Source: Paraspadella gotoi (lineage: Eukaryota; Animalia; Chaetognatha). From it: 64,000 nucleotides of DNA. Positions 52,403-64,000 of the stretch are shown one piece after another. The notes under the pieces are model-generated. The model searched no databases. It had not been told where the DNA came from and saw only the letters and a program-made list of their open reading frames with translations. Each line of letters begins with the position of its first letter. The stretch's first letter is position 1. The stretch is from assembly GCA_051294375.1 (NCBI GenBank), contig CM119271.1, positions 14,452,770 through 14,516,769 on the forward strand, in the 5' to 3' direction. Made by a program: the position numbers and the translations under genes.

Positions 52403-54898
52403 TTATTCCTCTACGGAGGCGGAACGTCCTCCGCCCAAAGAGGGAAACTCCTTTTGGTTGTCGATCTCCATGATCGTGTCGCCGCCGCGACCGGCGCCGC
52501 TACCGGCGCCGCCTCTAGGACCGCCGCGTCCGCGACCGCGACCGCGTCCCTCGCCGCCGCCGCCGCCGCCGCGGCCTCGCCCTCCGCGGCCGCCGAAGAA
52601 TCCGCGACCCCTTCCACCGCGCTGGGGAGGATCGGAGAACTCCAGCTTGATGTCCAGAACCTAAGAGAGGTGGAAAAATGTCATGTCACGTTATGTCCTG
52701 TGCAGCAGAATTTCATTTGCATATTGTCGTGTTTAAGTTCAAGTATCGATAAAATTTTGTCCCTTCACGATGGCAACAATTATTTTTGCTTCGGGTATAA
52801 TTAGCATTTAAATAATCAATAATTTGATTGTCGTAAATATCCAAACCTCCTCAACTTCTCCCTCACCTGTTTGCCAGTTTTCTTCTTCCCCCTCTTCTCG
52901 GCGTCCTCCCCCTCGTGCTTCTCGTCGGCATCGTCGTCTTCATCTTCCTCTTCGTCATCCTCTTCGTCGTCGTCGTCGTCGTCCTTCTTCTTCAGCGCCA
53001 CCATCGATCCCCACTGAGAGTCGTCGACTCCCTCGCCGGCGCGACGGAGGTTGAAGTCCGCGCGTGGCTTAGATTGAGACTGGCGGAGAGAAAGGGGATC
53101 ATTGACCATGAAATTAGTTGGACCAATATCAAAATTATTTATTCATTCAATAAATTAGCTATGATGCCCGTTCCTTGGGGGAAGTTACCCCTCTTACAAT
53201 AGCCGACTCTTTTCTCTCTTACAGCCCAGCTTATGAGCTTCGGTCATACCTAATTTTTTTTACATATTTAAATTGCATAAAAAACCTTTCAACAAGTTTT
53301 AAAACAAAACAACCCCGAAGCAATTTGTCCTCACGGGATCGCATTTCTTAATTTTTCAAAGCAAGAGTCAATACCAGTAACCCAAGTTTTAACTAAAACA
53401 ACTCGGTAATAAAAGCCAGATTAAGGACAAAGACGGACCGACCGAGAAGAGATCAATCGAGTCGTCCCACTAATTACTTCATCCCCTAACCTGCAGCGCC
53501 TTCCACTCGTCCAGAGTCATCTCCAGAGGCTCCTTCTCGGCTTCGGCTTCGGCTTCCGGGGCCGCGTCGGCGCTCTCGGCCGTTGGCGCCGGCGCTTCGG
53601 CAGCCGCCTCGCGATCGCTATCGTTTTCCGTCTCGACTGTGCAGAAGAAGAATCGGGGATGAAATTCACTTAGTATAAACATTTAATGTTTTTAAAACAT
53701 TTAAACATTTTGGTCGACTAAATCCCTTACCCGCATTTCCGTCGACATTGGCGGCGCCGTCCTCGATGACCTCCTGAGTCGATCCCCAATTTCCTTTTCC
53801 TCCTCCTTCGCGTTTCTCCGTCGGTTTCACGGACGACTTGGGATCCCCGGACTGACGCTCGAACTCACGAGCGCCGCCGCCGTATCCACCGCCGCGTCCG
53901 CCTCTGCCGCCGCGGTCTCCGCCGCGACCGCGTCCGCCGCGAAACCCGCCCGCTCCTCTTCCTCTCCCACGCCCGCCCTCGAAGTTGGGCGAGGGAGCGA
54001 AGCCGCCTTCCGATCCGGCGGAGGCCGGCGGCGCGGAGGATCCGGCGCGGCCTTCTTCGCTCCAGGACGGAGGAGGAGGCAAATTCTCCTGGTTGCCGCT
54101 GCGGGGGCCGTAGCCGCCGCGGGGGCCGCCGCGTCCGCGACCGCGTCCGCGACCGGCGCCGCGAGCGGGCGGCGGACCGGACGGGGCAGCGTCGTTGGCG
54201 CCGGAATCATCCTTGGTGGCGGAAGGCTTGCGTTGTTGTTTAACGGGAGCCTCTTGCTTCGAAGAGGAATCCTCTTTCTTGTTCTGCGACTGAAGTCCCT
54301 TCTTGGATTCCGCCTCCGCTTCCTATTTTTTTAAAAGGAAAAGGGTCTTAGATTCTTCATTTAGACTTACTATTCCTTAACTCACCCCTCCTTCCTTTCT
54401 TAGCTTCATACTCAATTACTCATCTTCCCTTTGCGCACTTTTTTAAATCCTTAAATTACTTGACCTATTGATTCAAAATAAACTTTTCTTTATAGTCTTC
54501 TTGTGTTCATTAGATTATTCCGCCACACCTGCTTCTTTCTTGCCATTAAGTTTCTCGGCCTCCACAACTTACCCGTCTTATCCCAACTATATTTAACTTC
54601 TTCAGGGTTTAGTAATTTTCATTTACAACTTGTCCTTGAGAGTATTTCCGAACGCCTTTCGCTATCGCAACTTACCCCACGGCCTCCCGATCCAACTTAC
54701 CTTCTTAACGGCTTTGTTCTTGGCCTCCTTTTGCTCCTTCTGCTCCTTTGCCTTCTGCGTATTCCTCAGCGCCTCCTCCTTCTTCTTATCCTCGAACTTC
54801 TTGAGACTCTCGAAGGGATCCTCGTCCTCGGAATCCACGTCCGACCCGAGAGCGAATCGGTTTTGGACCGCCACCCCGTAACGCGCCGTCGAACCCAT
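52403..54898 (-). CDS. SERBP1: SERBP1/HABP4/vig family RGG mRNA- and ribosome-binding protein
   Basis: YGVAVQNRFAL..DEDPF, RGG boxes, REFERQSG..KREGGGKGNWG, EMTLDEWKALQ, FNLRRAGEG, LDIKLEF, C-terminal EFPSLG. Five exons. Confidence 0.93.
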
Positions 54899-55307
54899 AT
54901 TTTTTTCTTAGCTTTAAAAACTTTTACGTTATAATGGAAGACGAATGCTCTTTTTTATGCTCTCTCCGCCGTTTTGTTTTGTTTTTTTAAAATTTTTATT
55001 ATCTTGAGACGTTGAAAGCCTAATACCGTGGCCTAGACATAGTCTTGCTTTCCCCCTTTTATTTTCGGGTGCTAACAAAAAAAACCTGTGAAAAGAATAC
55101 AATTTTTTTTCATATATAAAATCGGGATGACATTCGTTTTCAAGCTGTATTACTGATAAAAAAAAAATTAAAGCGGGAAAAATTGACGATTTTTGCAAGA
55201 AAAAGTTCTCCATAAAATATCTTTTCCATCCAAAAAATAAGGTTGACTCCATTTAAATAATGTCGCCATAAGGTAGGACTACGAAGGATTTCATAAAAAA
55301 TAACTTA

Positions 55308-55316
55308 ACCGGAAGT
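55308..55316. promoter_or_regulatory. ETS/GABP-type site ACCGGAAGT ~410 bp upstream of SERBP1
   Basis: Exact core match in an AT-rich intergenic region. Motif match only. Confidence 0.3.
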
Positions 55317-56176
55317 AAATAACGGAAATAACATGAATACCATCTAAGATATAAAATTTAAAAGCAAAAGTAATTATTATCGAAAAATATACGAACAATG
55401 TTTATATTTATAAATGAAATTCATTTGTCAAAATAAAAACTTCACTGATTATTCAGTATTCACTTAATAGATGGCATTAAAGCATACATAAATTTAATAC
55501 CCGAATAAATAACGATAGCGCCATTGGTAACATGTCGATCGTAAATTCACAGTTAAATAACAATAAATAAATCACAAAATATAAATTAGCCACCAAAGAA
55601 AAGGCTGCATTCAAAATTTAGTTTTCATTCTTTACAACAACAGCAATTAAACAATACTGAAAAGACTGATATGTAATACAACACTACAACGAAAACAAAA
55701 CAAATTGAAAACCGAGTTAATCATCTAATCAATCAATCAGTCGAATAATTAGCCAACCAACACGAGATCTTAAAGAATCTTTAACAAACACACAAGTTTA
55801 AACAGTTTTTATTTTAATTTTAAAGTTTTTTATGGTACGAGATTTTCCAGCGGACAAAAAAAAAGCGGGTAAAAAGCCAGAGTGAAATCCGAAAAATACT
55901 TTTGTTTCTTTGAGTTTGACTTTGTTTTGCGATGGAACGAGCGAAGAGCTAAGTGTTTGATTTCCTTGTGCGACATCAAGGAAGAGAATTCTTCCGTTGA
56001 CTGTTAATGTCAAGTGAGAAAAATAGGATTTGATGCTAATGCCCTCGTCCCGTTTTAAGCATCTACAAACTTTACGTTCGGTGCGGTGGGCGTCGTTGCG
56101 TGAATTCAGTCGCTTTGGCGAGAGAGTTTAGGGGTTGCTCTTAGCGGCATAAGCCACAACTCCTTTGTTTTCTTTA

Positions 56177-57768
56177 TCATCGATTAGTGGCCTCATCGTA
56201 CGACGGTGGAGGCGCCTCGGGATACGCGGGGGGCGCTGCAGCACCGAACCCCGGCGGCGGAGGTGCGAATCCCGGGGGCGGAGCCTGGCCAAATCCCGGA
56301 GGAGTGACGGCGGCCGGTGCCACGAAGGCAGACGGCGACGAGGCGTCGCGCTGCTGTCGCGGATAGTCGACGCCGCTCAAGGACGTTGGCGGAAGCGGCG
56401 GAGTCATCGACGGTCCCACCGCCGTCGGGTAAGGCGGAGGCGCGAGGAGAGGGTAAGGTTGCTGCGGCGACGGATAAAGAGCGCCGGGATCTTGAGCGGA
56501 GAAGGCAGGCGAAAATCCCAGCGGAGGATTGGAAGGAAGTGGCGCGGCGAAACCGGCAGGGGAGAAGCCGCGGGGAAGATCGGTTTGGAAGTCGCACGGG
56601 CGGGTCGGGTCTGGCTGTGGCTGAGAAATGAACACAACTTGGATAGAAGCACCTAACTTACCCAATATTTTCACCGCATCTTCCGGGACTTACCAAGCCG
56701 CTTGACGCGGCCCTCGTGGTGGCGTTCCTTCGCTTTCGGTAGCGAATCAAAGAACAGACGGCGATAACGATGATGGGGATGGCGAGGCCCCCGTAGGAAA
56801 TGCGGAAGTCATCGGCCTGAACGGAAGAGCAGTAGAGATGGTGGATGCGTTCGTCCTCCCCGAACTCGCAGTCGCGGATACCTTGGGAGGAATGGGGGGG
56901 AAGAGAAGAATTAAAGATGGAGAAAGAGAGAGAAAGAAAGAAAAAGAAAAAAACGAGAAATAAAGAAAGAAAAAGAGAGAGAACGAGAAAGAAAGAGAGA
57001 GAGAGAACGAGAAAGAAAGAAAGAGAGAACGAGAAAGGAAAGAGAGAGAAGAACGAGAAAGAAAGAGAGAGGAGAACGAGAAAGAAAGAGAGAGAGACGA
57101 GAAAGAAGAGAGAGAGAGAACGAGAAAGAAAAGAGAGAGAGAAAACGAGAAAGAAAGAGAGAGAGAAAACGAGAAGAAAGAGAGAGAGAGAACGAGAAAG
57201 AAAGAGAGAGAGAGAACGAGAAAAAAAGAAAGAAAGAAAGAAAAAATAAAGAAAGGAAAGATAAAAAGAGAAAAAAAGAGAGAAAAAGAGAAATAAAGAG
57301 AGAAAAGAAAAATTAATTCGCCTCACCGTCCATAACAGATTTCTTAGGAATAAGAATTGCATCGCAACATCGAAAATATTCTTCAGCGCTCGTCGACCCG
57401 TAAGCATTCTTGACGCAGTAACCCGGCGAACCAGGCGAATTGCGTTCGCTGATATCAAATACATATTTCAAATATTGACTGGACGCTTATCATGCGTCTA
57501 CCTCCAGAATTACCATCTCTAAAAAACGTCACCCACCTGCAATCCTTTCTTGTTCTCAGAATGTCAGTGCATTTCATATATCGATCCAATTTGTACCGAG
57601 CGATCTCGCAAAACCCGTCGCTGCGGCCACAGCAACGGTACGGCATTTTCTTTGGTTTTTTTTATTTTTGGTGACAAAGTCTTAAAACGATAAACGGGCG
57701 ACGTTCGCCCGCTGCCCGAGGCGTTGGCGACGGCGTATTGAAACAACGTCGCGAAAGGTAGATTAAAT
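56177..57768 (-). CDS. single-pass membrane protein with Cys-rich/degenerate LDL-receptor class A ectodomain and Pro-rich PPxY tail; 5' end unresolved
   Basis: Exons encode MPYRCCGRSDGFC..., YFRCCDAILIPKKSVMD|GIRDCEFGEDE, TM GGLAIPIIVIAVCSLI-RYRKRR, and a tail with PPPY, PPAY and PPSY. A possible upstream exon lies at ~58257-58308. Confidence 0.72.
56920..57312. repeat. purine-rich compound minisatellite (gagaacgagaaagaaa-type units) in an intron
   Basis: Almost pure A/G tract with recurring acgagaaag. It produces the spurious F/S/L and R/E/K ORFs in the track. Confidence 0.9.
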
Positions 57769-60700
57769 CTTAAATAAAATAACAAAATACTGCTTTAGAA
57801 ACGTGCCAAATAGTTTAGTAAAAATAAAACTATGCTCTAAACTTTAAAGCACGAATATACTATACAAAAGGCTTCATATTACCATCTAGGAAAAAAGTAT
57901 ATCACATTTTAAGTGGAGGATATCTACTCAAAAACTTTAAAATAATAAAAATATTTACAAATCTAAATCATTTTTTTTTTCAGAAGCTTCCTTCCATTTT
58001 TTCATAAGTCAAATCATTTTAAAGTAACAGGCAAAAAAAGATTGCTACTTCAAATAAAAAATCATATTTATTTTTTTATTATTTTTAATATTTAATCATT
58101 TATTTTTATTTTGAATATAATAATTTATATATTTTTATTTTAATTTAACAATGCTAAAGGCCTTGCACCTTTTTTTTTAATTCAGAAAAGGGCCATTATA
58201 ACTCTCAGAAAAAAAGGAATTGTGTTAAAGATATAGAAAAACATTTCACTCATACCTCGATTCGCTGTACGAGAGCATGCCCAAATGAATACAAGTAATA
58301 AACGATACTAAAAAAAAGTACTATTAAAAATGTTTTACCTATATTTTATATTTTTTTTATTAAATAAATAAACTTCAACAATTATGTAATAAACTTTTTC
58401 CTAGATAGTAGAAAATGCACTTTCGCTTTTTCGAACCGAGAATCGGTTCCGACCAAATCACTTAACCAAATTTGATACGATTTTGCAAAAAATGACCAAA
58501 ATTTTTGTTGTAAAAAAGATAAATTTTTTTCGTGGGATCATTTGCATTTAACTTGGTAGAAAAACCATTTTTAAACAAATTTTTAAAAAATTTATTTGAT
58601 TTTTCTTCTTTTGAACATTGTTAGTCCATCATTTTAGATATAATTTTTGTTCCCCTAACGAATGGAGCAAAAATTATTTTTTCACAATAATAGATTTACG
58701 TTTCTGCAACTGTTCGGGAAAAAATTTTTTTTTTAAATTTGAAAAACATTTTTATCCATTTTTTGCTCACCTGGGCTGACCTCTTCGGGGCCCATATATC
58801 GGGTCATAGGTAAAATTTCAAAAATCCCCTCGATAGTCCCATTTCTAATGCCCTATAGTTAGTTCATCAATGTCGGTCTAGTCCGAAAAAAACGACAGTG
58901 CATTTTCTAATATGAAGCCTTCTGATGTAATCATAATGTGAGAACGTTGACAGCGAGATTTGTCGAAAGTCGCGTGGCGTCAATTGATTTTAATTTCACA
59001 ATAACTTGGTGACTAAGTGAGTTAACCTTGTGAGTTTGGAAATCAATGCTTCCAAATCCAAGTCATTTCGCGAAAATCATAAGTCGATTGTCGTAAGTTG
59101 CACTTGTAAGGATTATTATTAAAGGCTTGCTTTAATAGCTTGTGGATTTTTAAAATTCGTCCTCAACGTTGTTTCCGTTCGTTCTACAGTTACCGTCGTA
59201 TTTACAATTGCACACGTTTTACGTATTAACGAAGATAACGAAGTAGAGTCGGATGTTTAATTCAAATGTATCAAAACATTTTAGGACAAGCGTATCGATA
59301 TTCTTGAAGAATAAAAAAATTAGCATTTAGTATTTAAACAAAAATATAAATTATGGTCGACTCAATTTTCCGCTCGTTAAGACGCGGAAAGGCAAAACCA
59401 GGGTAGAAAACAACAGCCAAGTATCAAATTGCTTCTTCGTTTAAGAGATCGAAGGATTTAAGCGTGGAGCGCACGAGCTGCCCAACGCATCGAGACATTT
59501 GAGGATTTGAGGCCGTCGAAATAAACGAGAGAGAAAATCGTGATGATGATTAAATCGATTATTCGAAAACTCTATCGACGAGAAAAAATAATTCAGGTAA
59601 GTCATTTTCTTTTTATATGGAAGGTAGCATCAACAACACTCATGGGGCCAGTCCACTCTCTCTCTCTCTCTCTCTCCCCTAAATAGCGCGCTCTCTCTCT
59701 CTCTCTCTCTGCATCGCGACCGCCATCTGCGAAGCCACTTTTATCTCTTCTTCTTCCTCTTCTCTTTGGAAAAAAAAAAACTCTCTTTGGAAAAGCGAAA
59801 TCCTTTGGCTTCGGTCGTGGAAAAACGTGCGAAGCGGCGGCGGCGGCGGTAAGGGCCTTGTCGTTTTGTTTGAGAAGAAAAAAAAAAGCGAGGCGCACTT
59901 ACCCCTCCTCTTCATCCTCTTTTCGCGAATATGTAAATGAAATTTATGGTGTCAAGAGGAGAAAATAATAGAGTCCGGCCCTGGGAATGGATGCCAGAGT
60001 GAAGGGACGGGGCTTGGAGTGGGTAAGGGGACCATGGGTTAGACGCGGGTGAGGCCCTGCGTTTGCTCTTTTTTTTTTCTTGAGGGTCGCGAGAACGGAG
60101 AAAGAAAATTGGCTGCAAAACGATTTTGGCGTTCTGGGTCAAAGGCTTTCTTATTTATTGCAGTTTTTAGTCATTCGTCGAATTCTTAGAAATAAAGATG
60201 GTGGGCAGCAACTTGTGAGTTGAATGGAAAAAAAAGTATTATAAAAGCTCAAACAAAGCCATAAAGGCATAATTCCAGCATGGTCATTGGTCAGAACTCG
60301 CATACCTATTTCATATTCTAAATTACTTTTTCGTTTATAATTTTCATTGGACGTGTTGAAACTGCCTCATTTCCAAATTTTATAAAATTTTGAATTACCT
60401 AGTCAAATAAAAATTTAAACGACCTAATTTCTTTTTTACTAATATTACACCAAAATAAATATTAATTTTTAAAATACTTTTATTTAACTAGATATTTAGC
60501 GTCTGATTGGCTCGACTTGGGAATAATGGAAACAACTGACCACATCTGTGAAAATACTTTTATTTCATATTTGTTGGCAAAGTTTTTGAAATTTCTTAGT
60601 TCATCATTATCGAGTTTAAGAAAACAAAAATTTGGACATAATTGTTTAAGACTAACAAGACTAAAAAAAAACTTTGATACAAAAAAGTTATGGAAAAAGT

Positions 60701-61140
60701 AAAATTTAATGAATTGTCAAAATAAAATTATTACACACTAGTGTATAATTATAATATTATTATTTTACCTGCTCATACAAGTCCACTTAATATAAAAATA
60801 AATTCGAATAATTAAAAATATCTTTCCATACAATTATGGATAAATTGAAGTAATTGCTCAAAACTAGACAAATTTCAAATACAAAATATATCGAATAAAT
60901 TGCTAAAAAAAAGAAAATAAAATTGAAAGCTGATTTAGGGTCCCAAAAATATCAAAAGATAGAAAAATGTTTAAGGGTCAAATGAAAAAGTGAGAAAAAA
61001 AATGAAAACGGAATTAATTGGGGAAACAGTTTTATTTTCAACAAAATTAATTAAAAATCGAAAAGGAAAAAAATTAAATTTATAATTCGTGATTGTAAAT
61101 AAAAGGAAATAATTCTCTCCCCTTAAGATCCAAAAACATA

Positions 61141-63981
61141 TCAACCCCAATCGATTCCACTCTCAGAATTCGGATCCATTTGCGCCACGCCGTGAGTCAA
61201 GTTTTCAACTTTGTCGGCGCCGCCGCCCGACAAAAACGAGTAAGGCGTCGCCGAGAATCCCGGCGGCGGCGCTACCGTCGTCGGCTTGGCGCCGCGACCC
61301 ATCGCCGGAGCGCCAGAAGGCGAAAACTGACCGCGGCCTGTAAAGAAAAGTTAAAAGTTAACATTATAAAAGTCCTACAACCAATATTAAAATTGCCAAT
61401 TTAATAAAAAAATTAAGCTAACTGGTCCCCCTCACAGGCTATGGTTGGTTGGTTCAGGCCTCCGCCCTCCAGCCCTCTGACAAAAAGTAAAAATAGCAAG
61501 ACTGATTCCGTCTCCATCGCTTTCAATCAAAATTCTCTCACAGCCGAGTAGTTTATTAACACAAATTTATTCCCACAAAATTCCATCGCTACCGCATCAC
61601 TCTATCCCCCCCCTCCCTTCGCCCCCCCCCTTACCTCTTCCCATCGAAGTCCAGAAATTTCCCGGATTGCCGGAATTCCTTCCGTTCTCTCCTCCCTCCG
61701 CCCAGTGACGGAAAATCCTCTTCTTCCCTTTCTCCTCCCAAAGACGAAAAGTGGTCGCCCGATTTCGACGGGCCGCTCGAAGCGGCCGAGGAGAGGCCCC
61801 AAGGGTTGGAGTGGGGGGAAGGGGCGACCGAGGAGGGACCGAGGCCACGGCCGCGACCGTGACCGGGAATCGAAGTGGGATATCCGGCTAAAAATATATA
61901 TATATTTATGTTTCGTAATTTTATTGTTTACAATAAACAAATTGAAAAACAACGACTCGACAACAACAACAAAAATACTCACCCGCGGCGGCTCCGAATC
62001 CTCTCAACGCGGTTCCCCTTCCCATGGACTGCTGCACCAAACTGGGTTGTGGAGGCGATTGGCGGACCGTTCCAACGATTGGGCCGACGGTGCCGCCCAA
62101 CGGCCCTACGGTGCCGCCTATCGGGCCGACCGCGCAGCCCCTTGCGCCGTAACTGCTTCGATCGCCACGTCTTCCGCCAAAGTCGTCGTCGTCGACGCCG
62201 ATGGAGGATCGGATGTCGACGGCGCCGAAGTCTCTCGTCGACGAAGAGTTGGATTCGAATCCCGATGAAACGTCGGAGCGAGACAAAAATCTGGGTAAAA
62301 TAGATGGGATAGTGCGGGGTGATTCGGAACAGGGGTAAAACGGAACACCTCCCATTTTTTTTTAAAAATACGGCCCCTAGGGGCCGCAGGATAAAAACCA
62401 CTGCATCAACCTGTAGCGGGGACTCTTTCCTAGATATATCTATCACCAGAATTTTTTTTTCCATTTCCTGCGATGATATTTATTATTGACTACTTAAAAA
62501 AGTGTTCCGAATTACTCCGTACTACCCTAGGTTTATGGCAACCGGGTGTGAGGAATCTCCCAACAGCTGGCGCTCAGGGCTTTAGACCTGTAGTGACCAC
62601 CCCATTTCACTGGCGAGTTTATGCCGACACTATCAAACTTTTAACCAGCGTGACCGTGAGACGATTGAACCAGGAACTCACAGTTGGTGAACGAATACTT
62701 AGCTGTCCAAGCCAATGGGATGAGCTGAGTTTCACCAAGCTATACGGGAGGCGAAATTAGGATTTGTCACAAGTTAACTATTTAATCATTTTATACGTAT
62801 TAGGTAAAGCTAAATAAATCTTAAAATATATCATACAAGTTACAAAATGCAAATGAGTTCTTTACGCCGGACTTCTTAATCCTAAAAGAAAAAGAGTTCA
62901 AATTCCAACGCGACCGTCCCTCAAACCATATTTGAGATTGCGCGGTCTGCGATTACCCGCTGCCGCCGAAGTTAGACGAAGACGCGGATGAGTTGAGCGT
63001 CGACCACTTTGGCACCGGCTTTGGCGGAACGTGTTTCTCCGTCAGCGTGAAGTGAAAAGCCTGGAAAAATGACAATTTTATTGACTCTCTCTCCGAATGC
63101 GGCAGTCTGCTTCCCCTCCCTCCATTAAGCACCTTGGAGGCGCTGAGCGAATCCGAGATGGAGTAGCACCAGCGTTTGACGAACCCCAAAGCGCAAAACT
63201 TGCACTCGAGTTCCTCGTGAAAGGCACAGGAGGTTTCGGGTTCGAAGTCCCAGTTCGTCATACGCATCTCCTGCTCGCAACTGTGTCCTGCGGACGAAAT
63301 GGGGTTGCCAATTAGAGAGAAGAGGGAATCGGGCAAAGGAAAGGTGAAGAACAAATTTTTAAATTGGAAAAACAAATATTTATTATTATACCTTTTTCTT
63401 CCCAAAGAAAACAATAACCCGACTCCTCACACATCCCTTTTCCCAACTTGAACAACCAAAGAAGCAAGAGTAATTCTCAAGTGAGAATGAATCTCAATCT
63501 CATTAGCATAATGGCGTGTTTAAAATAAATGCCTTTTTATACTTTATATTAGATAGATGGGGGTTAGATGATTGACATCATTGTTGACATCTTTCCTTGC
63601 AATTTGCAACTTACTCGATGGTACGGCGGTGATGGTGGAGGATCTGGATTTGGAGTAGAACCCCATCAGCAGATCCTCCACAGCGAAGATCCTAATCTTG
63701 GGAAAAGCCAGATGAGAATCGTAGGTCCGCGCGTGTTCGTACAACCAATCCAAACACTTTTCCGTCGCCGAATTTTCAAACTCTGTCACGATGGATGGGT
63801 GAATTCATTTTCTTTTGTTTATTATGTATACAATTAATAATACACCAATTAATAATGCCCTTACCGTCGCCGAGACAATAGACGGGCGGAAAGTTGCGTC
63901 CTTCGCCGTTTGGGTCAAGGAATTCGCAAAGTCGACGCCAGATGCCGTAGTAGTCGTCGTTCCAATGATCGAACTCTTCGC
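61141..63981 (-). CDS. mael: Maelstrom (piRNA pathway), 3' part; 5' end beyond the window
   Basis: TNWDFEPETSCAFHEELECKFCALGFVKRWCYSISDSL...FHFTLTEKHVP matches the MAEL-domain C-terminus (vertebrate WDYSSNTRCKWHEE...FCAL...AHVP). Phase-consistent exons continue to TGA at 61143-61141. Confidence 0.9.
62534..62772 (-). mobile_element. tRNA-like SINE-family repeat, copy 3 (mael intron)
   Basis: Reverse complement is highly similar to 39236-39490 (ttcgcctcccgtat, aactcagctcatcccattggcttggacagctaagt, ggttcaatc, ggtcacgctggttaaa, aaagccctgagcgccagctgt). Confidence 0.82.
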
Positions 63982-64000
63982 CTGGCGACCGGAGAGAAAT

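Overview
Gene-dense, intron-rich animal genomic DNA with GC/CpG-rich exons and AT-rich short introns. I can reconstruct 11 protein-coding genes, all on the minus strand. In transcription order they are: maelstrom (5'-truncated), a degenerate-LDLa/PPxY membrane protein, SERBP1/vig, tweety, a DNMT3-type methyltransferase without visible PWWP/ADD domains, HMBS, an intronless kynurenine aminotransferase, a kekkon-like LRR-Ig receptor, RPS24, a ~3000-aa Ser/Thr kinase with a giant low-complexity terminal exon, and GCN1 (3'-truncated). Notable non-standard features: (i) two independent tandem arrays whose unit is the end of a coding exon plus its 5' splice donor (GCN1 5x52 bp, tweety 15x40 bp); (ii) operon/trans-splicing-like junctions, clearest at HMBS->KYAT; (iii) a minimal Penelope-type hammerhead ribozyme in sense orientation in a GCN1 intron; (iv) a single in-frame TAG in the LRR-Ig gene; (v) an RPS24 terminal intron whose removal does not change the protein; (vi) four copies of a tRNA-like SINE family. 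Exon structures were derived by eye and the organism is not identified.
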